A stretch of 64,000 nt of DNA. It comes from Phyllobates terribilis (taxonomy: Eukaryota). Position numbers and translations under genes: made by a program. Where the stretch lies: positions 310,558,001 through 310,622,000 of the forward strand of contig NW_027362772.1 in assembly GCF_046119375.1 (NCBI RefSeq), read 5' to 3'. Below the pieces are notes generated by a model that was given only the letters and a program-made list of their open reading frames with translations, had not been told where the DNA came from and made no database searches. Positions 37,301 through 47,496 of the stretch are shown piece by piece; the first letter of the stretch is position 1, and each line of letters starts with the position of its first letter.

Positions 37301-37885
37301 CCCTGAAGGCAAACCACGTGTAGGGTCAGGGAACCCAAGGCCAAGGGTCTCCCAACAGAAGGCCCGAGGGAGCTGGACCTAGGTGGATCCCTGGTGGGGA
37401 CGGCCAGAAGACAGGACAGGAAGGAGGGCTCAGGGTCACGCTCCGGACTTGCTTGGGGGTTGGCTGAATCCAGGACCTGGTGGACGCAGCACGGCTCGGG
37501 TGGTCACTTGAAGCTGGAGTGACCGGAACATCAGCAGTAAGTAAATACCTTAAACTGCACAACCCGACTCTGTCTTTAATTACCATCTATGCTGCACCAC
37601 CACAACCCCCATCCTCTGCACCTGACCCCCTGAGGCTATACCCCACCCGTTGGGGGTTATACTATCAAAAGCTGCACCAACACCATCAGCCTCAGCGGAC
37701 CCTGCTGCAGCGGCGGCCGTAGTGACCGCAATACAACGGGTGGCGTAGTCGACATAAAGAACTTTTGTAACATCTGTAGGACTGCCACATACTCTGAGCT
37801 TGACACCCTGGGCACGGACCGGGTCACAGCCACTCGGAGACTACAACCCCCATCTGATCCGGCTCCGGGTATTCCCCTAAAGAAT

Positions 37886-39337
37886 ATGGCCCAGGGGGCG
37901 CGTCAACTTTGGCGTAGTCGGCAGGATTACGTGCCCGCAACACCCGGGTACTGCGTGCCTGAAGAAAAGAACAAGTTTACCTCAAAAAGAAGTCTCCTGC
38001 CGGTTCCGGAGGGTCCCCGCCATCGGACTCCATCACAGGTCGATTCCCGCCGGTTGTCCGCCATTAACAGCTTTTTCCCGCCATCTACAGAGTTTCCCGC
38101 CACTGGGAGACGATTCCCGCCATTTCCAAAGGTTTCCCGCCTTGTCAGAGCGGACGCCATTATGGGCGTGCCAGAGGATGGCAAGAGGCCGCCTCCCATC
38201 GTGGGCCAGGACCGAAAATGGCGCCAAAAGTGGAAACCGCCCCCACCAACAGAGACTGTGATGCTAGAGGTGTCTGTCAGCGTGAAAGAACTGCCCCTGG
38301 AGCTGACAATCACCAAGTGGCCCCGGGACCGCCCTCGAAGTGGGAGGACTGAGAAGGAGAGAGCAAAGATGGGTGTCGCCTGGAGCAGTCTGGAGAGAGC
38401 GCACCCGGAGACAAGACGTCTGGAGGAGAGTCCAGAAAGAGCTTACCCGGAGATGGAAGAAGAGCAGAGCAGCACCGGCCCGCTGGCCAGGAGCCTGCTG
38501 GAAACAACAGAAGGAGAGCAGAGCAGCACCGACCCGTTGGTCAGGAGCCTGCTAGAAGCAACGACCCCACTAGGCTTAGTGGAGGTCTTGGCACAGCTCC
38601 CCCGAGATCGGGAGTGTGCACAGACCGCTCTGGAGGGCCTCGCACGGAGGATGGCCCGGGTGCAGCGAGAGACGTTGGCGGAGTGGAGCCGTGAGATGGC
38701 CCAGCAGACCGAGACCCGTCAGCGGAGCACGCCACCCAAGACGAGGAGACAGACCGCCTCTGAGGATGGCGCAGGAGGACTGAAGGCCGGAGACGGCGCC
38801 GAGAAGGGAGCCGAACGAATGGAGGCAGGTAAAGGGGACGTCTCTACCCCAAACTGGGAAACCGCGCACCTGCCCCAGCTCCCCGTCGCAGAGCCCGAAG
38901 TACCCCCTGCCGTGCCCGTAACCGCAACGTCACCGCCACAGACTAGGCCTCAACCGGAAGCCGCAGCCGCGACCCCTGTGACGTCACACGCCTCGACCCC
39001 GAGCGTGACCAAGCAGGAAGTACCACCAGCCTGGTCGCAAGGCCTAGTACCCCCGGGCGCCGCAATACTAACAGCGCCCCCTACCTCCGCGGAGCCACCG
39101 GCCTGGTCGCAGGGCCAAGTAGCCCAGGGCGCCGCCGTCCTTACGGTGCCCTTCACTTTCCAGGTGCCCCAGGCCTGGCCGCAAGGCCTGGGCAACCCGG
39201 GTGCCGCCACCACCACCGCGCCCATAAAACCTAAAGTGCCGCATCTGGGAGAAGATCTGTTCGCCCAGCCTACGTGCCCGGACGGGTCTGAAGTTAAAGG
39301 TAACCACAAAGAAAGAGCAGGAGGACGCCGTCGTTAA
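37886..39337 (+). CDS. Uncharacterised ORF of the inner LTR element (up to 483 aa; true start uncertain)
   Basis: Uninterrupted ORF spanning most of the internal region, with a helical segment (TALEGLARRMARVQRETLAEWSREMAQQ) and in-frame 18-aa x2 and 24-aa x3 repeats. No recognisable capsid or zinc-knuckle motif. The first ATG lies inside the LTR. Confidence 0.5.
   Translation: MAQGARQLWRSRQDYVPATPGYCVPEEKNKFTSKRSLLPVPEGPRHRTPSQVDSRRLSAINSFFPPSTEFPATGRRFPPFPKVSRLVRADAIMGVPEDGKRPPPIVGQDRKWRQKWKPPPPTETVMLEVSVSVKELPLELTITKWPRDRPRSGRTEKERAKMGVAWSSLERAHPETRRLEESPERAYPEMEEEQSSTGPLARSLLETTEGEQSSTDPLVRSLLEATTPLGLVEVLAQLPRDRECAQTALEGLARRMARVQRETLAEWSREMAQQTETRQRSTPPKTRRQTASEDGAGGLKAGDGAEKGAERMEAGKGDVSTPNWETAHLPQLPVAEPEVPPAVPVTATSPPQTRPQPEAAAATPVTSHASTPSVTKQEVPPAWSQGLVPPGAAILTAPPTSAEPPAWSQGQVAQGAAVLTVPFTFQVPQAWPQGLGNPGAATTTAPIKPKVPHLGEDLFAQPTCPDGSEVKGNHKERAGGRRR
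37910..37928 (+). promoter_or_regulatory. Primer-binding site complementary to the 3' end of tRNA-Ser
   Basis: tggcgtagtcggcaggatt is the reverse complement of ...AATCCTGCCGACTACG-CCA, the 3' end of vertebrate tRNA-Ser(AGA/TGA) as recalled. An identical PBS lies on the minus strand at 42238-42256. Confidence 0.85.
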
Positions 39338-41457
39338 GTACAGCAGAGTACAAGCTGTATATAGTTGCCCGTCGGGGCACAGTGAACTGTTGATAATATA
39401 GTCCCCGTTGGGACCAGCAAGTGTGAACTGTTTACCCGTATTTCCCTCAATCCCACTGACCGAGGACTGAGAGCGGTCATCCCTATTCCCATTACCTGGC
39501 CGAGGACTGAGAGCGGCCCCACTACCCTTGTATATAGTTGCGCTTCCTAAAGCGCCCCCTACCGGTTTTATAGGAAAGCCATGAGTTCCAAAGACTGTCG
39601 CACTTTACCCGGTCACAGTGACCGGAGGAGGAGCCAGAGGCGACGAGAATGTTATTAATATGAAAAGTTTTATGATGATGCTGCTAATATATGTTTTATA
39701 TGTTTGTATTATGTTGTTTATGAAAAAAAATTGTATGTTTTGGTGTTTTTATCTCTTGCAGCCCGAGGACGTGCTGTGATTTACCAGGGGGGAATGTAGC
39801 ACCCTGAGGATTCGGCTGCTACAGGGGTATTGCACCTCAACCAGAGGTGTGATATTCCACTCCCGGGTAAGGATGGAGTGTGAAACTGAGCTCAGAAAGC
39901 TGCATGCACTACACACATCCCATTTCCGAGGAACAGACCAACGGTACTCCCACTTAGAAATGTGCAGGTACGACCGAGTCTGTTCCTGGCTGGAGTGGGA
40001 GGGGGGTGGTACATCCCAGTAGTGTAGGGGCAGATAGGGGGAGCAGCCTGGGTAAAGTTAGGAGCTCATTGGGTGCTGGTCACCTGAGCTCACACATAGA
40101 GGGAGTATATAAGGTGGGCACCATCTAAGATCAGGGTCAGTCTGCCACAGTCGGTCAGTCTGTGAGAAGTCAGAGGAGGAGAGCAGAGCAGCCCCAGAGC
40201 AAGAGTGAGAGAGAGGAGAAAGGAAGAAAGACCCAGAGGGGGTGAAAGAAAAGGACTCTGAGAACCCAAAGTCCATCACCGGGTGAAGAGTTGGCAACTG
40301 GGTACCGGATCCCAAACTGGTGGGGGCTAAAGCACACCCTAGCCAGAGACCGGAGGCCGTGGGCAGGATCTGCCACGGCCACCCACCACATCCACCCTGA
40401 AGGCAAACCACGTGTAGGGTCAGGGAACCCAAGGCCAAGGGTCTCCCAACAGAAGGCCCGAGGGAGCTGGACCTAGGTGGATCCCTGGTGGGGACGGCCA
40501 GAAGACAGGACAGGAAGGAGGGCTCAGGGTCACGCTCCGGACTTGCTTGGGGGTTGGCTGAATCCAGGACCTGGTGGACGCAGCACGGCTCGGGTGGTCA
40601 CTTGAAGCTGGAGTGACCGGAACATCAGCAGTAAGTAAATACCCTAAACTGCACAACCCGACTCTGTCTTTAATTACCATCTATGCTGCACCACCACAAC
40701 CCCCATCCTCTGCACCTGACCCCCTGAGGCTATACCCCACCCGTTGGGGGTTATACTATCAAAAGCTGCACCAACACCATCAGCCTCAGCGGACCCTGCT
40801 GCAGCGGCGGCCGTAGTGACCGCAATACAACGGGTGGCGTAGTCGACATAAAGAACTTTTGTAACATCTGTAGAACTGCCACATACTCTGAGCTTGACAC
40901 CCTGGGCACGGACCGGGTCACAGCCACTCGGAGACTACAACCCCCATCTGATCCGGCTCCGGGTATTCCCCTAAAGAATATGGCCCAGGGGGCGCGTCAG
41001 TCATATCAAAAACAATTTTCACATAAACTGTTCAAGTAAACTTTTTGATCAACTGGTCACAGTGATGTCTGCAACCAGGTGTCCATTTTTTAATAAGGTG
41101 CAACTTTGCAAACACAAACATGAGGGACCCGTCCCAAACCCTCAACGGAGGCCCTGGGGTGGCTGCAGGGCTTAGACGATCCAGATGCTGGACCTCGTCT
41201 TCGGCCACCTCCAGCGGGTTTTTATTCTGAGGTTACGCGTTGTAGTTCTTATAAAACCAGTAGGGGGCACATTAAGAAGTGCAACTATTTACAAGAAGTG
41301 GCTGCTCCCAGTCCTCAGCCGGTCAGTCTTTGGACCCATTACGAGTAACTAGGTAAACGGGTTAAATGTTCGCACAAACTTTAACTTGCAGTGTCCATTC
41401 TGCTGCACCCCGATGGGTAACTTATTTACATTTCAAGTTCAGTTCCTCTTACTATAC

Positions 41458-42075
41458 TCAGTAAGGGTGCTCCCTCCGGGGAGGCTCTGGTCCAACGCAG
41501 GCTGACCCAGCTGGGTCATCAGCGCTGTAGAACGTTGTCTCCACCCTGTAGACGTTCAGGGCATACCAGCCCCTCTCACCTCGGTGCCTGGTGTAGATGA
41601 CATGATCACTAGGGTACAGGTCTGGGGTGTGAGCGCCTGGGATAAGCGGTTCCGGCAGGGGGACCAGGGACTGTGCAGCGCCAGCTGCGTCCGGGACAGG
41701 GAAATCACTCCTACCTGCTCCCGCGACCGCTTCAGCTCGGCCCATCACCTCCCGATCCATGAGCAGCTCCGCCGGGGCTTGGGCGCCGCCGATCACTTGC
41801 AGCGCCGCCCCCGGTATGTATGGTATTGATAACGGCATTACCGTGGCAGCGGCCGCGCCTGGACTTTCCTCCATGCTGGGCGTCTTCTTCCCCCCTAGTG
41901 AACCGTGGCCTACCTTCCTTCTCCTTCCTTCCGTAGGCCGCAGTTCCGCAGGCGAGGGTCTCCGTCGAGGACCTGGCGTCGCACACGTCTGACGTGAGCG
42001 TTCGCTGTGGCTCCTTCCAGGACCTGGCGCTGCGTCAGTGAGTGGGGCGGGGCTTTGGACTTCGCGCGTTTTCAT
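41458..42075 (-). CDS. Uncharacterised ORF of the middle LTR element (205 aa) ending in a cold-shock-domain-like half motif
   Basis: ATG ~160 nt after the PBS; C-terminal DLYPSDHVIYTRHRGERGWYALNVYR. Confidence 0.45.
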   Translation of the reverse strand: MKTREVQSPAPLTDAAPGPGRSHSERSRQTCATPGPRRRPSPAELRPTEGRRRKVGHGSLGGKKTPSMEESPGAAAATVMPLSIPYIPGAALQVIGGAQAPAELLMDREVMGRAEAVAGAGRSDFPVPDAAGAAQSLVPLPEPLIPGAHTPDLYPSDHVIYTRHRGERGWYALNVYRVETTFYSADDPAGSACVGPEPPRREHPY

Positions 42076-43879
42076 CGATCACGCCCCTCTTCTTCCCGCG
42101 TGGCGATTTGAAAATGGCGGACAATGGCGGGAAAACGGCGGCAATGGCGGGAAAACAGCGGCAATGGCGGGATAACTTCACCACTGTATGCGACACAGTT
42201 CTTAAAGGCGCACAGTACCCAGTGGCAACGGGCACGAAATCCTGCCGACTACGCCAAAGTTGATGCGCCCCCTGGGCCGTGGGAATACCCGGAGCCGGGC
42301 CTTGTAGATGCTAGGGGTTGTAGTCACCGTGGCGGCGACCCGGTCCGTGACCCAGGGCGGTCAAACCAGGATAGTAGTCTATGTCTATAGATGTTAATGT
42401 CCGACTACGCCACCTGTGGAATGCGGTTATTGGGAACCGCCGCTGCGGAGCAGTCCACTGAAGCCGATGGTGTGTGCAGCAAGGTGATGTGACTCCCCAC
42501 AGGAAGAGTGTAGCCTCAGGGCAGCGTGTATGGATGATGGTGGTTATGGTACAGGTAGTCAGTAATGACACGGAGTCAGATAGTGCAGTCCCAGGTCTTT
42601 TACTCACGATTGTAGCAGTTCCAGAGACAGGGCCAGTGTAGGAGCCCACGGCGTCCTGTGTTCACGCAGTGAGGGGCTCGGTCGACCCTCAGGTATCTCT
42701 GGAGTATTTAGCAGGACCCCCTTCTGTGTGTCCTCTCTGGCCTCTCTCCTTGTACCTCACACCTAGCGGCACCTCTGTCCAGTGTCCTCGGGCCTTGGCG
42801 GGTGACGTGTGTTCCATCGCCTGGCCCTATGTGGCTACCTTTCTAGTGGCTGGTGTGGACGGCTTGCTGTACTTGAAGTGCTGCAGCCTCCGGTTCCCAG
42901 TTGAGCCCTGTAGTCTCTGCTGGCTGGGGGACCCGGTTCCCCTCTTCTGGCCTGGCCCCCCGTACCTCCTTGCAGCGGCGGGCGTACGGGTGGCTTGCTG
43001 CACGGCCCGTACCCCTGGGGTCCCTTCCCTCCTAGTCCTGGAGCCGTCCTGATCCCACTCCTCTCTTCTCTTCCAGGCTCAGGCCTCCTGGCTAGGCCCG
43101 CCTCTGGAGCAGAGCTCATGCAGAGCCTCTGCTCCTGTCACTTTCACTCTCCACCACTGACTGGAAGGAACTGAACTCTGACCTAAGATGGTTCCTTCCT
43201 TTTATACCTCCTACTCCAGTGCTCCCAGGATCTACATCCTCCACCCACCCACTACATAGTTCCCCCTCTCTAGGTGGTTCCTCCCCACTCCAGCCAGGGA
43301 TCAGGGACACTTGTGCTCTAGTGTAGGAGCATTATCGCCCTGTCCCCCGGAAATGTGGTGTAGTGGATGCAGTGTTAGGGTCCTGAGCCATACTCCTTCC
43401 TTACTTGAGAGCAAGGTACCACATCTCTTGATGAGATGCAATAACTCTGTGGCGACCGAACCCTCAGGGGCGCCACACACCCCTCCTAGCAAGTACCCCG
43501 GACCATACCTGCCGTTACACCAGTAAAGGTACTGAAGCAAATCCCCTGTGTGCGTGTCCGTCATTCTCCCTGACCTGGCCATCTCTCACCAGCATCCCTT
43601 CCATCTACACTGCCCCGGGGGCTCGCTCCGCCTGTGGGGAGCAGAAACATCCCAGCTGCCATCCCATCACCCCCGGAGGTCTGCAGCAGCGCCGGTAACC
43701 ATTACAGGAAACCACAGGTGGCGTCACGAGACAAACTGTACACTAAAAACCCCTTTTTCAAGAGAGACCCCAGAGGACGGGCCCGGTAGCCGACTGCCGT
43801 GACATCCTAAGCAAGGTAAAAGGCTCGGGTACCGAGTTCCCTATATCCCCCTGGGTGACACACATATAGGGGCTTAAAT

Positions 43880-43990
43880 CTAACCTTCTTCATAATCTAA
43901 TCCTTCCACTCCTGCCTCCAAGACTTTTCTTGTGCTGCGCTAATTCTCTGGAATGCGCTACCTCCGGCAATCAGGTCTACAGTTTTCATT
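43880..43990 (+). mobile_element. Short L2 LINE 3' fragment
   Basis: Translates to ...SCLQDFSCAALILWNALPPAIR, matching the typical L2 ORF2 C-terminal pattern RLQDFSRAAPxLWNxLP. Confidence 0.5.
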
Positions 43991-45224
43991 GTGCTCTATA
44001 GCCACATCTTTAGGCAGAGCTGTTACTTTTTATTCATCGACTCCTGTCCCAATATTGATTTACCTTCACACAACACTGTCCCCCCACTCCGTATCTGTAC
44101 ACGCAGGTACCGGCCGGTGACGGCTCCTTCTACCTCTGGTGTCCCCCGGTCTTTCTTTACGCTCTCTGCTCCGCCTTCCCCGATATTAATCAGGATGACG
44201 TTCCTGGCACGTGCTTTCTCCACCAGAAAATCCCTCGTTTCTAGGAATTGGAGGCGACTGTGTGAGATGGAATGATATCGTATGTCCCAAACATACAAAA
44301 CACGGCACAAACACAGAGGAAAGCGTCCAACAGCGTTCTGTGAAAGCGTCGTGTCTCATCAGAGCCAAGGAAGAGACGGCTTCACTCTGCAGCCATTATT
44401 ACAACCATCTGTCCCGGAGGAGCGCAGCTCTGGCACACAACATGCTGCTCAAATCCTGCGTCTAGTATCATTTTATAACAAGTCGTCGTCTGCAGAGATG
44501 ATAAACATTTATAGAGAAGAGAAAGAGTCTATTAATCCACTTGTCCCCAACTGGAGAGCAAGCCAAGCCATGGATGGCGGGGAACCGCAGCGTAAGTCCG
44601 GATTGTATCGAACCTGAAAAGCGGCGTTTCCTTGTATCACACTCGGCTGCAGCGTTTCACGATCTGAGTGAACTTAGTTTGTTACATAGTAGTTATCATC
44701 TCTAATTCTCCAGCCACCTCCAGAGCTGCACTCGCAGTTCTGCCTTTGGTCGGCACGCTCTATTTGAGCTCATTCACTGCAATCAGAGGCGTGCTATGTG
44801 GGAGATTTTCTACATCAGAGCAGTATAATTTGTGGGGTCCACAGTGTACGTCCATAATCCACCCTATGCCCTGTACATATACTGAGCCAGCAGGGGGCAG
44901 CAGCGACAGGCAGCTCCTCCTGTGTCCATCACTGATGATTGACGTTTCCTGTCCACATAGAAAGTAGCAGAGCCAAGGAGCGAATTATACGGTACTGCGC
45001 CTCAGTGCCCCAGTTATTTCACATGATGCCTCAGTACCCCATAACACTGCATTTACAGCCCCCCGTATAGCAGAGTCACCCAATTCCCTTAGCATTGATA
45101 GCCAGAGTCACCCCTCTATAACAGGGACAGCCCCTGTGCTTCATAACAGTACCATCCCGGGGACCCCAACAACAGATCTGGTCACAGTGCCCCCTTCCCA
45201 GTGCTAGCCACGAATCTCCACAGT

Positions 45225-45900
45225 CTCTCCACATCTGTACCATCCACAGTACCTCATAACGTCTCCACATCTGTACCATCCACAGTATCTCCACAACGTC
45301 TCTCCACATCTGTACCATCCACAGTATCTCCACAACGTCTCTCCACATCTGTACCATCCACAGTATCTCCACGTCTCTCCACATCTGTACCATCCACAGT
45401 ACCCTCCATAACGTCTCTCCACATCTGTACCATCCACAGTATCTCCACAACGTCTCTCCACATCTGTACCATCCACAGTACCCTCCATAACGTCTCTCCA
45501 CATCTGTACCATCCACAGTACCTCCATAACGTCTCTCCACATGTGTACCATCCACAGTACCTCCATAACGTCTCTCCACATCTGTGCCATCCATAGTACC
45601 TCCATAATATCTATCTGCAATGCCCTCACATCTGTACCATCCACAGTACCTCCATAACGGCTCTCCACAATGCCCTCACATCTGTACCATCCACAGTACC
45701 CTCCATAACGTCTCTCCACATCTGTACCATCCACAGTACCTCCATAACGTCTCTCCACATGTGTACCATCCACAGTACCTCCATAACGTCTCTCCACATC
45801 TGTGCCATCCATAGTACCTCCATAATATCTATCTGCAATGCCCTCACATCTGTACCATCCACAGTACCTCCATAACGGCTCTCCACAATGCCCTCCCATC
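45225..45900. repeat. 38-40-bp tandem repeat
   Basis: Unit ccacatctgtaccatccacagtacctccataacgtctct with variants. Confidence 0.92.
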
Positions 45901-46169
45901 TGCATCATACACAGACGTTGTTTTGTGAGTGTATTTGTATGATGGTAGTTTTCTTTCATTCCGGTCTGTCTGGTTAGTGTTTTCCCATACACTTGAGCCC
46001 CTCACCTCCCTGGGTGGGGGAGGGATCAGATAAGGGATAAGTTAGGAGCACAGATGAGTATGAGAACATGGCGTCTCCACATTCCGGAGTAACCCGAGGG
46101 ACAGGGATAGACTAGGGCGCCCCTAGTTCGAGTGATCAGGTAGGTGCCCACAGTCCCTTGACAGTACGT

Positions 46170-47496
46170 GATACCATATTTGTGCAGGTGTCTCTGAACA
46201 GTAGAACAATGTACCACAACTCCAGAGTCTGCTAAATCTTTCTGAAGCTCTTATGCAGTCAAGCGGGGGTTCTGATTTGCCTGTCTAGCAATCCTACAAG
46301 CAGCTCTCACTGAAATTTTGCTTGGTCTTCCAGTCCTTATCTTGACCTCCACTTTTCCTGGTAACTGCCATTTCTTAATTAAACTTTGAACTAAGGAAAG
46401 GACAACTTGAAAATGCTTTGTATCTTCTTCAGCATTCTCCTGCTTTGTGGCCTCCACCATTTTCATTTTCAGAGTGCTAGGCAGCTGCTTAGAAGAACAC
46501 ATGGCTGCTGCTTTTTGGCACAAAGTTAGCGGAGGCCGGGTTTTTATAAAGCTGGGAAATTTGCGTCCCTAGCTGATCCCCATCCTCCTCTCCCTCGGCA
46601 GGGAGGCTGACTTTCGCACTGCTCTGGCCCTTGCTTCCTCCTGCTGCTGTTGCCTCCCGGAGTCTGCGCACGTCTGGCAGATCCCCAGGCACTGTGCTTA
46701 GGGCATGCGCACGCTTCCGTTCTCTTAAAGAGATGGCGTGCACCATCCTAAAGTGTCCCCCAGCCAATGGATGTGAGACACTTATTATTTAAGGCACCTC
46801 CACCTGTTGGGAGGTGCCTGAACAACATGTTTACTCTGATTGTTTGCATGCTAGCTAGCTCTGAGGTCCCCTGTTCTAGTATACCAGCCATACTTGCCAG
46901 CACCTGCCATGCCTGTCTGTATACCAGCCATTCCTGTATACCTGCCTGTATACCACGCCATCTCATTCCTGGCCGTTCCAGCTTCCTGCCTCTTTAGGGG
47001 TCAGCTACAGTGTGTCCGAGGTCTGTCCTGGAGTAGCACCTGCCATCCATCTGGAGCCAAGTCTAACCCCACGATCAGGGGATCTAGCGAAGATTCAGGT
47101 GTTCGCCTAGTCTCGCCCCTCCAGGCTTTCCTTGGTCCACGACACAGTGGTTCCACTAGCACGTACGTTACAAATTTACATCACCGGCCATTTCTAACGA
47201 TGATAGTGAACAAGCCATTGCCCGGACAGGCTAATTGAGGTCTGAAACCTTGGTCAAAGTTATCTGAGCACACAAATCTCCAAGGGAGCTAAAAACTTTT
47301 GCATCAGCCCATTTTCCTTTTTGTATTGTTTAAAATGTAAAAAAATGACAATATATTTATATATATTTTTTGCTTAAAATACAAAGGAAATGTGTCATCT
47401 GTAACTTTAGGCCTTTTAGAGATCATTTCATCTTCAACTTGCTTCACAATAAACAGTAATTTTGACCAGGGGTGCACAAACTTTTAGATGCCACTG
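46170..47496 (-). mobile_element. 5' part of a Tc1 element (left TIR plus transposase N-terminus), 3'-truncated and interrupted
   Basis: Terminus TA|cagtggcatctaaaagtttgtgcacccctggtcaaaa at 47496-47498 (minus strand). Peptides SKQLPSTLKMKMVEA...KKWQLPGKVEVKIRTGRPSKISVRAACRIARQANQNPRLTA and VHCSTVQRHLHKYG. Confidence 0.85.
46563..47172 (+). mobile_element. Solo-LTR-like insertion (~610 bp) in the Tc1 5' UTR
   Basis: Flanked by aattt (46558-46562 and 47173-47177); ends ...ggttccactagcacgtacgttaca. The 5' end is not a canonical TG. Confidence 0.45.

Larger units (their letters stand above)
36701..40999 (+). mobile_element. Inner layer: young non-autonomous Ty3/Gypsy-type LTR element, 4299 bp; LTRs 36701-37905 and 39795-40999 (1205 bp each)
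   Basis: Termini tgtagc...gcgtca; TSD GTCA at 36697-36700 and 41000-41003; PBS tggcgtagtcggcaggatt at 37910-37928; PPT aggggggaa at 39786-39794. Only about 4 substitutions between the LTRs were noticed by eye. No RT, RNase H or integrase. Confidence 0.93.
35258..43477 (-). mobile_element. Middle layer: non-autonomous Ty3/Gypsy-type LTR element on the minus strand; LTRs 42261-43477 (5') and 35258-36465 (3')
   Basis: TG...CA termini; TSD CACC at 35254-35257 and 43478-43481; tRNA-Ser PBS at 42238-42256, 4 nt from the 5' LTR; G-run PPT at 36466-36480. About 1.5 kb of internal sequence remains after removing the inner element, with no pol motifs. Confidence 0.88.
34616..43862 (+). mobile_element. 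Outer layer: solo LTR (~1.02 kb once the insert is removed; pieces 34616-35257 and 43482-43862)
   Basis: Starts tgtggcaccctg and ends ccctgggtgacaca; 4-bp TSD CATA at 34612-34615 and 43863-43866. It shares motifs with the inner LTRs (cagtaa, ctgcagcagcg, caggtggcgt). Confidence 0.65.

Noticed and set aside
42238-42256. tRNA-Ser gene
   Set aside because: Only the 3'-terminal 19 nt including CCA match and there is no cloverleaf. It lies 4 nt from an LTR, so it is a primer-binding site.
35258-43477. DIRS-type element with inverted or split terminal repeats
   Set aside because: The inverted arrangement is explained by two opposite-strand LTR elements, each with TG...CA ends, PBS, PPT and a 4-bp TSD. 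No tyrosine recombinase or RT is present.
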